Source: Sarea resinae (lineage: Eukaryota). Taken from it: 64,000 nucleotides of DNA. The stretch's first letter is position 1; each line of letters begins with the position of its first letter. The translations under genes and the position numbers were made by a program. The stretch spans positions 62,001 through 126,000 of the forward strand of contig JAPEUD010000066.1 of the NCBI GenBank assembly GCA_026026165.1, written 5' to 3'. Positions 50,919-64,000 of this stretch are shown one piece after another. The notes under the pieces were generated by a model. That model saw only the letters and a list, made by a program, of their open reading frames with translations, made no database searches and was not told the origin of the DNA.

Positions 50919-52310
50919 GGCCCTATATGTAAGGTGAATAGACCTGCGAAGATGTTTGACGAGAGTATAGCAGGGCAGCGGATTTTGGTGCGCTTGACGG
51001 GTGGAGGAGATCAGAATGTGTTGAGGGTTTCTATAACGGCGCTTGTCGCTACATCAGATGCCGGAGCGATGCTATGCGAATGCGAATGCTTGTACTATAT
51101 GCGGAGCAGAGTCGGAGAGATTGAAGGCGGAAGTCAACACAGGGAGTGGCGGTCGTTCGGACTGACCCATGGATATTACGACATGAACGTATCCTGATCC
51201 TGATCCTGATCCAGACTCCTAGGATCCTGGAAGTTGAATTGCCTTGGGTAAGGTAGGTAAGTCGGTAGGCAGGTAGAAGGTAGGCGGTAAGTTCCAAGCT
51301 GCCATTAGGTATCGTCGGTGTGCAACGGTTGGGTAAGGTACCTACCTTAGGTACTGGTGTACTCGGAGCATTCGTATGGCCTGATCTATGATGACGGGAC
51401 CTAGTCTACCTTGCACGAGCACTCTACTACGTGTTATCAGGTACTGGTGTTCTTCGTGCAGTGTCATACCTACCGGTAGTATGTACCTACCTTGAGGTAT
51501 TGAGTACCTAGGATAGCCCATCATGACTACAAATTAGGGTGGTGAGTAGGTACCTGTCTAAGGTTAAAATGTACTTCACACGATCGGCATGGTATCTTTA
51601 ATCCCAAAATAGGTACCTCTAATTGCGGTACTCAATAGGTAGGTGTCATGGATTACGATGTAGGAATTATTACTGCAAAGAAAGGTCGCAATTTTCAGTC
51701 AATTGTATATCGTTCAAAACGTATAGATCAACTATTTCTGTCAACTGAGACTTCTCTCTACAGTGATTATGACTGCTTGATGATCCAAAACATTGCATTC
51801 ATGGAGACCAAAGTATCGGATGTATGAGAGACACCGCAGCATCCCTGGCCAGTAGGCTTATATTTTATCCGAACGACTCTGAAAGGACAGCCATTTTCTA
51901 CATAGTAGTATGGATACGTTTACTGGGTGGTAAGGCGGAGGCGGAAGGATATAATGGACGTATGCGATACTTGTAGGGAACCCTCCGATTCTATCCCCCA
52001 ATTAGCCTGCTGCGGACCTGTCAGGGGCTCTAACCCTGCGATTGGATAACCAATTCATTCATGAGCCAAGATCCCAAGACAGATTATCCGTACCTACAGT
52101 ACCTTCCAGGAGTACTCCCTACATAGGTACTAACCTAGGCACGAATACTCTCACCATCGCCAAATTAAGGCATTCGTACAACTTGAAGCTTCGAAATTCA
52201 GTCCAGGAGGAATTGACCTCCTCAGGTAAACCTCCAATCATTGGAGAATGCAGCGATTCGGTCTCAAGGCACTCACAGCCAGATGATCACAATTCGAGTG
52301 AGATTTGGGG

Positions 52311-55300
52311 ATGGGTAAGCCATAAGCTTCTCACGTATCTGACTTAGCAGCCGCGGAATCTGTAGCACACCATCTAGCTTCTACCATCGCATTACTCACT
52401 CTTGCATTTCCACTACACAGAACATAGAGGAAAGGCTAACAGTCCTTTTGCATCTCTACAGCCGGAATGCAATCATCTTCCCACGGACGGCAGGACTTTC
52501 CGCATAATACATCGGCTCAGGTCAATACAACAGAGCCCCTGTCTCACCATCTTGGATCTTCTACACGGGAGACACTTCCTGCGGGGACTCATGTGGCCCG
52601 CTCAACACATTCTAGGGAGACGTCTGTAACAGGTGGAAGAGGCCTTACCGCGGTGAATGCTGCGCTGTCTAGCCTGCAATCGCAGCAACATGTTCGTGCA
52701 CCATCACCTCGCTCACATACCACTGCCCGGCCTGGGCCCGGACTTGATGGAGGAGTAGAGCGTCGTCCATCTCTTTCGTATGGCCATCATCGTCAGACAT
52801 CCATCGTCCATGGTATTCAGCATTCCCGCAACGCTAGCTTCGTCAATCAGCCAGCTACAAGTCCCATCAGTCCCCAGGTCATTGCTGCCGCAGGTGTCGG
52901 CAGTGGAAGCGGACCTGACACTTCTACAAATGTGGTGATTCCGGAGATGGATGATCCATCCTGGGGTCGAAGTGGCACGTCGGGCTCATTTAGCCGTAGT
53001 AATACTATTACTTCAGCATTAGCCAGCGACCGGAGCACTGGGGATAGCGGCCAGAAAAGATTGGAACGCATGCATAGTGGGAAGTCTCGGAGAGACTACA
53101 GCCGTAATCATTCGCAGTCAAGACATCATCACCAACCAGAATTGAAGACTGTGGGCGAATATGCGCTTCATCATCTATTCAATTCGGTATTTGAGATGTC
53201 AATCGACTTGCGGAGCAAACGCTAACGCATGGATCTATAGTTTGTTGGCCAAGCGGACCGGAAGATTAATCAATGTATCAATAGCCACTTAGATATCGAA
53301 CCGCAAGTCGAACAGATATGTGGACCTGGGGTCGATGCGGGGTTCGACCAGTTGATCTCAGCCCTAGGCCATATAGCGCGCCAGAAACCCAAGCCTTTAA
53401 TCGATACACTTATGTTCTGGCGGAAAGCGAAGAGTGAGGCAGCAAACGCCGCCAGGAACGAGTTCAATCAGGTATCTAAAAGGCTGATCCCCTACCTTTC
53501 TAGTGGTCATACCTAATATGCTACTCTAGATCAAAGGTACTGTAACGGTCAACGGCATTCTGCCACGCCGAAATACGGAGCCATTGCATATTCTTGCTGA
53601 ATCCAATGAAAACGGATCCATTGCCCATGGAGGCGCTTCCTTGGCGTCGCGCCAGGAAGCTGTCATCCAAGCTGAACGACGATCAACAATCTCAATCTAT
53701 CTCCTCTGTCGCGTGCTGATGGAGATTATTGGGCAAAGCAGTCTAGCCAACGTCACACCGGAGATGGCTGATCGGCTCGAAGATATCATTTTCAGTCAGC
53801 TCAAAGCTGCAGATCCCGATCAATTGGCTGCTTCACCATTGCGACTCGCCAATTGGTCCATTTTTGCACAACTCCTTGGCGTTATGAGCGATATCAATTT
53901 CGAGAGTGTATCTGATAGGTACTTTGCTGATTTAGAGAAGTCCCAGAAAGACCCTGGCGGCAAGGGAAATATAAACAAGGAGCATGAAGGGAAGGTAGAG
54001 CTGGTGATCATGGGTATGAGGTATCTTCGAATCAAAATATATCCCGACGAGGCTTGGGAGCGTTCTTGCGATTTCATACAAGGCCTCGGAAGATTTTTTG
54101 CCAATGCACATGGGCAACGCATCAAGCATGCGTACTGTCAAATTTTGGAAAAGCTACTTCTGCCTATTGCCGCAAAAGCAAGTACTGAGCTCAACGTACC
54201 GAAGTGGAAGGAAGCCATAGAGATCATCAATCCTAGATTGACGCAAATGTTGTTAAAGCCTCGCCACTGGTCGGACGCATTCCCCCTTATGACCATCTTA
54301 CTCTGCGTATCTCCTACGGATGTCTTCGCCTCTCAGTGGCTCGGTCTTGTCTCTCCTCTTCAACCGAAAATGAAGGATCGTGCAACTCGTCCGAGCGCAC
54401 TTCGATCAATCTGTCGACTTACCTGGACCTATTTGTATCGCTGTAACGACACGCTCAATGTGACAGTGCGGAAATTGGAAGAAGTCATGAAGATGGTTTT
54501 CCCTGCGGGCAAGAGATCTTACATATCAACCGACCCGGTCATAGCTGAACCGTTAATACAGCTCATTCGAATTATTGGTTTCAAACATCAGGATTTGTGT
54601 TTCAGGACAATCATCTTTCCCTTGATCAACTCGGATTTATTCACATCAGGTAAAGAGTTGAAAGTTGAGCAGCTGGAACCAGAGAAGATGGTGATTGGTA
54701 TCAAAGCGTTCCTGGCCATTATGACGGACTTGGAGAAGGGCGACCAAGGGAGGCCCCCATTTCCTGAGACTTTCGGAAACGTGCCGGTCGCAGAGCCGTT
54801 ACCAGCCTCACCGCTGTTGCTCGGGTCACGGCTCATGGCGGACGTTCGGCCCATTAGCAAGTGCAAAGAAGAGCGCCTCTCAAGGCCAGTACTGACTACG
54901 GACTTCGGAGACGCTGCAAAAGAATATTACGCACGATTTTGCGAGATACTAGGAAAGATCACCCTCATATGCGACAATGCCTTTGGTGGCCAAGCAGTAC
55001 TAGATGAAAAATTTGGCACGCAGACGCCGAAGACCCCTATTGCAGAGACCTTTGGGTTCACGAGAAAGGATGAGCATCAAGCCGCCATGGATCAGAAACA
55101 GGGCTTTTACGATCTTTTGCATGTTGCAGTACAGGCTTTGCCACGATGCCTGTCTGCTCATATCCCCTTCAACGCACTAATAAACCTCTTATGTACAGGA
55201 ACAGCACACGTGCAGAGTAACATAGCAGCATCCTCGGCGCAATCTTTGAAATCCATAGCGCGCCAATCGCATGCTCAACAGGTAACGATTGGATTTGCAA

Positions 55301-58300
55301 GATTCATCTTCAATTTTGATGATCGCTATTCGACAATGTCGGATGGAGGAATGCTAGGCCCAGGACACATTGAAAACACCTTGAGATTATATGTCGAGCT
55401 GCTTGAGATTTGGATCGAGGAGATAAAGCACAAAACCAAGGAAGCTGCTCAGGATCCTTCAGAGGAAGGTAGCTCAGGCAGCCGTGGCGTTCAGCTTGAC
55501 CTTTCTGGGGTACTTGCCTACGTCGACGAGATTGAGTCGCATGGACTTTTCTTTCTTTGCTCTCAATCAAGACGCGTGCGATCATTTGCAGTCACTGTTC
55601 TCAGATTGATAACCGAGTTCGATACCGCCCTAGGCAAAACCAACATGAGAATCATCAGTATTATGGAAGGTGACTCTCAAAGAGTCATGGATTCAAACGA
55701 TCAGCACCTTACAGTGGCTGAGCGAAGTCGTCTTCAAGGAAAGCGCAAAGCCAATCCCCAGAGTATCCTCATCGAACTCTGCAGTAGCGACAATTCTTAC
55801 GATGCTCCTCTCTGGTTCAAAATTTTCCCTAACCTTGTGAGTATCAGCTTTGAAATCTGTCCGTTCGCCGTGACTCTTAGCCGAGAGATCATCTGTGCCA
55901 GATTGTTGCAAATGCACAAGAGCATATCAACGATTGCGGATGGACAACGCGGGCCACCATACACTGCCTTCGACATTGTACCGAGCAGGCCAACGGCAAG
56001 GCTTTCCTCAACACCGCCTGAGGTGATGATTGAGCAATGGAAACTTTACCTCATAATGGCCTGCACAACGCTAACCAATACGGGAGGCCAACAAGAACCG
56101 CGACTAGCAATTGGTCAGCACACGCGGAAAGGTTCCAAGGCATCTCAGCAAGGAATGGACAGAATTACTTCCGCCAGGTCTCTTTTCAGCTACATCACAC
56201 CGCTACTCTCCGTTGGGCCCAGCTCGATACGAGACGCCGTTGTTGTTGCATTGGGGTCAATCAATATCAACCTCTATAAAACTCTCCTTGAGTCTTTGCA
56301 GACCGCAGTAACAAAATGCAATGAAGAGGCCAAGATCCGCATAGGCTCACATCAGCGTACCGCGAGCAGCCCTCGCAGGAACCGCCGGACTGATCGATTA
56401 CGGACGGAAGTTACTCACGTGTATAAACTTACCTCTCACTTCCTTCGGGAAAAAGATGTTTACGACGACGACTGGATCCTGAATAATCTCGTAACATATA
56501 CCAAAGATATTCGGATATTTCTGAGTGATGCGGAAGTCCAGAGTGACTGGGAGTTTCAGAAGCTCAGGCAACACTATTGTGGTTTAATGGAGGAGCTCTT
56601 CGAGGGTATCAACCGAACAAAGGATCCGTCTCGCTGGATGCCATTCGAGTCAAGGAAATCTGCTTTCACGCTCATGGAAGATTGGTGTGGCTATTCCCCG
56701 AACCAAAATCAGATCCGTCAACGTGAAGACAGCATGCAACAGTCTCTTCTCGATCAGCAGCGAGATAATAGCGACAAGGGTACAGCGCCGGCGGCGATGG
56801 AGATCGAGAAAAGGAATCTCAGGACTGCTGCGCTGAGTGCGATGGCAACATTATGCGTAATTCACCATAGTACTCATTGCTTGAACTTTTGGCTGAACTT
56901 TTCTTAGGGAGGCCCAATCAGTATTACCACGGAGAGCGGAGCAAACTTGCAGTTCGACGTCCGGCGGATGCTTTCGTGGATTGACAATATCTTCAATACA
57001 GTCAGCGATAGATTGCATGTCATCGGTCGGCGCGCTTTAAAAAATCTCATCGTTCATAACAAGGAATATCCTTATCTACTGGGTCGCTCGATAGAGAACT
57101 GTTACCTAGCCGAAACGGGGACCTCTTTGGGGAGTTATGCTGAAGTCATCGGTCAGGTCTTGTCAGAGAATGAGAATTATCCGATACCGTTCTGGAAGCT
57201 CTTAGGGGCGGGGCTATTCATGCTAGGAAATGAGAAGAGCGAGATTCGCATGCGAGCAGCTCAATTACTCCGTCTGTTAGAGGAGCGGCAGCAGAAAACC
57301 TCTAAGATCCAGGACTTAGACATCAGCATCTCTGACAGGACAACAGCGGTCTACAAACTTGCTCAGTTCGAAATCTCGAAAAGGCTCGCAAAGCAACACT
57401 CTGAGCTCGCCTTCCTAGTTTTCTCAGAATTTACAGTCTACTTCAAGAGCTTGCGGCCCAATCATCAGCGGAACATGGTAGCTGTAATCCTCCCGTGGAT
57501 CCAGACGATGGAACTGCAACTTGATCCAAATGGTGGACCCACAGCTCAATCATATATGCTTCTTGCGAATCTCTTCGAACTTACAATCAGATCCGGGGGC
57601 GTTCTGCATAACGAGGTTCAAGCCCTTTGGCAGGCGCTTGCTACCGGTCCTTATGGAGGCAACATCCAAGTGGTCTTAGATTTTATTATTTCTCTGTGTC
57701 TTGATCGGAGAGAGCAGAACTTTGTCGACTATGCCAAGCAGATTGTAGTTTTTCTATCGAGCACCCCGGCCGGTCTGAAGGTCGTGGAGTTCCTCCTTCT
57801 ACAGATCACACCCAAAGCTATGGTTCAAGAAAAGCGAGATCCCCTCGCTCCGCCTCCAGAAGCTCATTCCTTGCCTTACCTAGCTGATCTTTCGCTTGCA
57901 TTGCCAATAGGCCACAAACAGGTATTGAATTTCCCAATCCATAAAATAATTTGTCACAAGCTAAAGGAAACTAGTCCGGATTCTCACTCGGTCAGCTGGC
58001 GCTTATACTACTTGTTGATCTGATGGTATCACCTGTACAACTTGATCCCGAGAACGTACCCCTATTATTGCAAGTTGTCCTCGTCCTATGGGATCATTAT
58101 ATCCCTCCCGTACAGGAACAAGCAAGGGAAATGCTCGTCCATCTTATCCATGAGCTCGTCATCTCGAGAGTCGAAGATGAGAACACCATTCCCAGCAAAC
58201 ACTCCATAGAAGATCTCATCGATTGTGTTCGCCAACACGAGCCCAAAGTCGTGTGGGCTTATGAGGATAGCTGTGGAAAAGATGAAGATGGGGATGGAGG

Positions 58301-60362
58301 TAATCGAGTGCCGCCGGCCATGGCCTACGTCACGGAGAAAGTTGTGGAGATTTTTACTCTGACTTACCCAGGTATTCGGGAGCAATGGGCAAAGACCACC
58401 TTGAGCTGGGCAACTTCTTGTCCTGTGCGTCATCTTGCCTGTAGGTCATTTCAACTTTTTCGATGCACTTTGACGTCGTTAGATCAGAACATGCTTGCAG
58501 ATATGCTAGCACGTCTATCTAACACTATCGCCGACGACGAAACGGACATTCAAACATTCTCCATGGAAATCCTGACCACCCTCAAGACCATAATTGGAGC
58601 CTTAGATCCAGAGGATGTTCTTCAGTATCCACAACTATTCTGGACCACGACTGCCTGCCTTGATACGATACACGAACGAGAGTTTATGGAGAGCCTTTCG
58701 ATGCTGGAAGGGCTGATGGATAAGGTGGACTTCGGCGATCCGGAAAATGTCAGGATGCTCATGGATACATTGCCTCCGAAGTGGGAGGGAGATTTTGAGG
58801 GTGTTGAGCCTCTAATCTACAAGGGCCTGAAATCATCCGCCTCGTTAACTCGGACGCTTTACATCATGGAGAGGCTCGCCGAGCTTCCCAACAACGTAAT
58901 CATTGGCGATGATAGTCGCCTGTTGTTCGCGGTGTTGGCAAATCTTCCACGATTCCTTCAGAGCTTCGAAACCGGTGTAAGCGATCCATCATGCCTACGG
59001 TGCGCTGAGGCGTTGGCTCGAGTAGCTGAAAATCAAGGGTGTGGCCATGTCTCTCGATGCTTGACCGGGTTTGCCACCTCTCGCTACAGGTCGAGCGCAG
59101 ACTTTCTTTCGCAATGTGTCTCCGCGATAAGATCTTTTTTCTTTCCGAAGTGGGACTTCCAGAGTCTAGTATTCCTCATGGGCTTACTCACTAACCAGCT
59201 CCCTTGGTTCAAGATCAAGACAATGGAATTGCTTTGTGTCATTATTCCGGACATCGATATGAGGAAGCCTGAGATCTCCAGTCACGGCCCTGATCTAATC
59301 TCTCCTCTCCTGAGGCTTCTGCAAACGGAGTTCTGCCCTCAGGCTCTAGAAGTCTTGGATCACATCATGACAATGTCTGGAACGCCCATGGATAAACATC
59401 ATCTGAGAATGAGCATGGCTGGCTCACATTCCCACGCGATCAGAAAAGAGTATGAACGAACACAAAGCCTGTTCGGCATTCCAGAAGAGACCGGCTGGTC
59501 TATTCCAATGCCTGCGGTACATTCCACTACAACTCGACGTAACGTCCACGCGGTTTTTTACACTTGTGCGAGTGCCGAATTGATAGATACAGACACAGCC
59601 GCAACTCCCGAGGTGGAGTTCCATACGGATGAATTCCAATTTGGATCTTACATCCCAGATCGGACCATAACAATGATGTCTGATGAAGGCCGTGGAGATG
59701 GAAATATAGGCGAACTTGTCATGAAACTAGACAGTTTAGATGACTTTTTCGAGGATCATCTAGCCACCGATAATGTAAACGGCGATCACCAAACCCAAGA
59801 GCTCGTCGATTTTCCATCCGATGTGGCTGATTCGAGCGCCAGCCTATATGACCAAGAAACGCTGCCCATTCTTCACAAATCTCTCGCTAGAACATCGAGC
59901 GTTTCGTCGTTCCAAACTGGATTTGCTGATGTCAAAGCTCCCGGTGCGCGCGACCCAGGCGTGATGACTCCAACAGCATTCGCTATTCCACAGGGGCTTC
60001 CGGGACGGCCTTCTATGCATTCTCGTTCTGTGACATCGCCAGCTGTGAACAGCTTTCAGACGTCAACGGGAATAGAACTTCTGTCTGATGACGATATGGA
60101 TGAGATTTTTTCCGATGACGAGCATTCAACCACTACGGGGCAGGGCAACGAAGGATCTTTCTTCCTGGAAAATATGATACGGCCTTTAGCGCACGGGACT
60201 CGTTCGGGTATGCGGAGGTTAACGGGAGGGGGTGGGAAAGAACGAGAAAGGCAAAGGGACGCACTCCGCGCTGAGAGGAAATTTAATATGAATCCCTCCT
60301 CTCCCAGAGTTCCCAAAGTTCCGAGCGCTTACATGCAAGGTTCGCGTTCTCAGGATATATAA
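52311..60362 (+). CDS. TAO3: Cell morphogenesis scaffold Tao3/Pag1/Mor2 (Furry family, RAM/MOR network); 5 introns
   Basis: KTVGEYALHHLF, ICGPGVD..FDQLI, WATSCPVRHLACRSFQ, HGPDLISPLLRLL and SLFGIPE..GW. Probable start ATGG|intron 52315-52461|CC-GGA-ATG. Introns near 53186, 53472, 56857 and 57922 join the large ORFs in frame. Confidence 0.95.
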
Positions 60363-62361
60363 TTCTTTGACTGTCAGGCTTACTACGCGCACTTGCTTGC
60401 TGGTCGAACAGCGCCTTAGCCTGTAGGAATTTCTTCGGTTCAAAAGCCTTTCGCTACCTATACCCTATAGAATTCTTTTTGGCGAAGACCTCGTAGCCAT
60501 TGGCGTCAAGGTTAATTTTTCAGAAATGTGAATGTGTTAGAGAATAAGGGGGGGGTAATCCTATTATTACCTATCTTTTAAGAAACTTTGATAATACTAT
60601 AGTACCTTTAGGTGAATTTGTATATTACATTTTATCTGCTACAAATCATTGACTAGCCTTTTATTAGAGTAGGTAATTATTACCTAGTAGGTTAGGTTAG
60701 ATATTAGAATTATAACCTTAATACTAGTCACCTTTAAGTATCTAGACAGTTATAGACTGTTATAAGACAAGAAAATAAAATATCTAGAAGCTTCTACATA
60801 CCTATAGAAGCTAATAGAATGTAGTAAAACCCTATAGTATATTATAGACTATTCTAAGAGATTCTATAGCTATACTAACTAAGTATCTAGAACCTTTTAG
60901 AATGTTCTAGAACTATTTAGAAGTCTATAGAGTCTCTTAGACATCTATAGAACTTCTATAACATAAGAGTTATATAACTATCCTTTAACTTTCTTATAAA
61001 GTATACTAGTATATTATTATTAGCTTATTGCTTACAAATCACTTATGTAATTAGTTGTTACTAGAAGTTTCTAGTAAGTTAGTTAAGTCTATATATTAAC
61101 TGCCTTATATCTCTATAGCTAGAATCTCTAAGTTTATAATATATAATTATTCTATACTATACTTCTTTAGCACCTTTCTCTACTTATATCTTTGTGCTAC
61201 TTTCTAACACTTTGTTTAAGCAATTTTATACTGAAAAGGCATTATAGACTCTTATAATTAAGCTAGTATATAGGTTAGGTTAAACAAATTAGAGGCTGTA
61301 TTTACTAACTCTATATAGGTTTCTAGAGTAAATAGATTATAGATATAAAATCTAATCTAGTAGTAAATTAGGTTAGTTTTTCCTTAGCACTACTATATAT
61401 AATCTTAAAATAGCTTACAGTTAATAGAAATATATATAAGTTAGTGTTATAGAATTTACATGTTATAATGTTCCTTAGATTATAATTAAAATGATTTACT
61501 AGAGTTTACCTCTATTAATTTATTGCTAAAAGTAACAACTAATAGTAACACTTATTATAAAGAAAAGATCTATAAACCTATTACTTTTATACCTTTTTTA
61601 CCTCTAAACTCTCTAAGAAAAATATGCCTATTAAGTGCTATAACTACCTAATAAACACTATATAACTATTTAGAGTAGACTGCTAAATTCTCTATTATTT
61701 TCTTTACTAATTATATATCTTTCTACTAGATTATAACTCTATTAGTATAGATAGCTATGTTATTAGAGTCTAAAAAGAGCGTTACTATATACTATTACTT
61801 TAGAATATTAAACTTAACTTACTATTAAAGAAGCTAGATATATAAAGTTCTATTGCTTTCTAAATAGTATTAATAGTAGAGCCTTAGAAATAAAAGGACT
61901 TAGATAGATACTAATTAATTACTATTTCTTAGACTAAGTAGTAGAATACTATCTTTAGTAATAAGAGTTAGCTGCTTTTTTAATAGTATTTTATCTAATA
62001 AAGCGTGCTTGCTAGAAGATATTATATTACTAATATATATTACTATAGAATAGTAGATAAAGAACCTACTATTTAGTTTAGTCTTTCTATAGACTTTATT
62101 TATTACTAACTTAGCTATAGTAAAAGCTTTATTCTTAGCTAAGGTATTATAACACTACTTATCTTATTTCTTATAGTGCTTATTAAAGCTCTTATAGTAT
62201 TTATCTTATCTACTCTAGTATAACTTTATAACCTTAGAGAGAGTAGAATGTTTAAAGTTATAGCACTTTATATATTACTTAGTACACTTTATAATTACTA
62301 TTTAAGTAAGAATTAGTTACTATATTCTATTACTATTAAAAAGACTTATATAGAGTAGATT

Positions 62362-62424
62362 TAATAATAATAATAAGACTTAGTAATAATAATAAGACTT
62401 AAAGATAATAATAATAAGACTTAA
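62362..62424 (+). repeat. Three copies of TAATAATAATAAGACTTA within the RIP block
   Basis: Seen directly. Confidence 0.7.
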
Positions 62425-62999
62425 TAATAGTGTAAGATCTATAAAACAAATAATTATTACTAGATACTATTACCTTATAATCTTAGATTATAACTTACCT
62501 AACTTTAGAGAATAGTAAGGTAAAGTAGAATTAATAGCTCTAATTAAGTAGGTATATATATACTAGTTACCTTTCTAAGTTACTAGCTAGAATATTAAAG
62601 AAGTATAATAATCTAAAGGAAATCTATAGAGGTATAATAGCTAAAAGAGAGAGGTAGTAAAGTATATTAGTAAAAAGAGAGGTGTACTACTATAAGGGAT
62701 TAAACTAGATCGCACTAGATAAGTGCTAGATAGTCTTAAAGATATAGGAACTGCTAAATTGTAATAGCGCTGCTATACTTAATAGTTGTTAAGTGTGTTA
62801 TTATCTTAGGTCTTACTACTAATATATCTTAGAGAACTTAAATAGGTAGTAGAACAAGCGTGTTAATTAATATAAGCTATTAGCCTATAGCTTAGTAACT
62901 AAGTAATAAGAGGAAGAGAAAAACTAATGTGCTAACTACTTGCTTAACTAAATGCTAGAAAACTAATAACTAAATGCATGTATAAAGAACTAATAATAC

Positions 63000-64000
63000 C
63001 TCTTTTTAAACCCCTAAGGAATATAACCCTACTACTAACACCTAATAACTAAGCTATTACTAGTTTACCCTATTATATCCTTCTCTCCTATAAAAATAAA
63101 GTTAGCCCTTAACTTTACTAACATATAAAAGACATGTCTGTTAAGGAAAAGGTAGGAAAAGCGTTCCTATAACTTGTTGCCCTTACGCTTTCTAGTTAAG
63201 CAGTAGAGAGATAGGTCTATTACTTGTCTATACAATTGTAGCATTTCTTGTATAGTCTAGCTATTAAATAGATTAGACAACTTATTCCCTAGTAGCAGAG
63301 CTTCTTAAACACTTTTATAAGGAGATGTTTTAGGATTTAATAATGCTGCAGTTTTCTACTTCTTTAAAAGACAGGCTAGGAATAGTCCTTATTGTTTGCG
63401 CTTATTAGGTTTAGAACTCCTAGCCTATCTAGAAGAACCTTTGCTAATTATATTACAAGCAAGGTCTTAAGAGAGTTAGTCTATTAGATTAAGCAATTGC
63501 ATTGCTTTTATTATTAGTTAGTCTTAAACTTAGGTAAACTCTTTACTTGCTGCCTTTTCTATATTATTGTTAGTAAAGACTAGCTTAATATCTAATTCAA
63601 CAGCGAACTTTCTCTTAGCTAGGCTAGAGGAAACAATTTTGTAGAGGTCTTCTAAAACATCTAATTCTTCTAACTGTTTAGAGTCTGTATTATTATTAGA
63701 TACATGTGTTCTGTGTTCTATAGAGTAGAAATATAATTTGTTTCTATAGAGGCGCATTTCTATTCGCTTAAATACCTTAAAGGCTTTGTAGTATTAGCTT
63801 AGAGCTTAGCGTCTCTATTGCTAAAGATATCTAGTGACCTTATCTGTATTATCCTCTATAAGAATTCTTTGCTCCTCTATAACTTCTAGCTTGTTAAATC
63901 TTCTCCTTCTAACTAAGTAATTAGATGTAGCCTCTAACTCTATTAATAAGACTGCTGCTAGAAATTTACCTAGGACCTCTCTATACATATTAGGATGCCT
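63000..64000 (-). pseudogene. RIP-decayed coding sequence of unknown identity
   Basis: One minus-strand frame reads RHPNMYREVLGKFLAAVLL...DKVTRYL*Q*RR*ALS*YYKAFKVFKRIEMRLYRNK...KEFT*V*D*LIIKAMQLL... for about 1 kb. The stops I read were all TAA/TAG. Confidence 0.5.

Larger units (their letters stand above)
60540..64000. mobile_element. AT-rich, RIP-degraded repeat/transposon-relic block (element type not identifiable)
   Basis: Abrupt GC drop, very frequent TA/TAG/CTA and near absence of CG. Only one ORF of 60 aa or more in 3.5 kb. Decayed frames are interrupted by TAA/TAG stops. Confidence 0.75.

Overview
Eukaryotic, intron-containing genomic DNA from a filamentous ascomycete (Pezizomycotina). 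The evidence is short GT-AG introns with CTRAY branch points, recognisable fungal proteins and RIP-like decay. I could splice 17 protein-coding genes by eye, mostly housekeeping: DNAJC8/Spf31-type J-protein, Zn(II)2Cys6 transcription factor, DBP10, RFA2, DUF202 membrane protein, MATE transporter, glycosyltransferase-2-like protein, MLH1, GNAT, APH-type phosphotransferase, IDI1, SYO1, RPN1, RIO2, a Spo5/Rim4/MSSP-like RRM protein, NADPH-cytochrome P450 reductase and TAO3/PAG1. They form almost strict head-to-head pairs. The pattern breaks only at two large gene-free gaps (about 4.3-10.8 kb and 44.9-48.5 kb) upstream of two regulatory genes. Intergenic DNA is rich in TACC/GGTA and TACTCCG(G)AGTA-type motifs. 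About 180 bp after the TAO3 stop the sequence switches abruptly to an AT/TpA-rich, RIP-degraded block (about 60.5-64 kb) holding a possible solo LTR and decayed reading frames. I found no clearly novel multi-gene system, so the findings are leads, not discoveries. All family assignments come from motif recognition; no database search was run.
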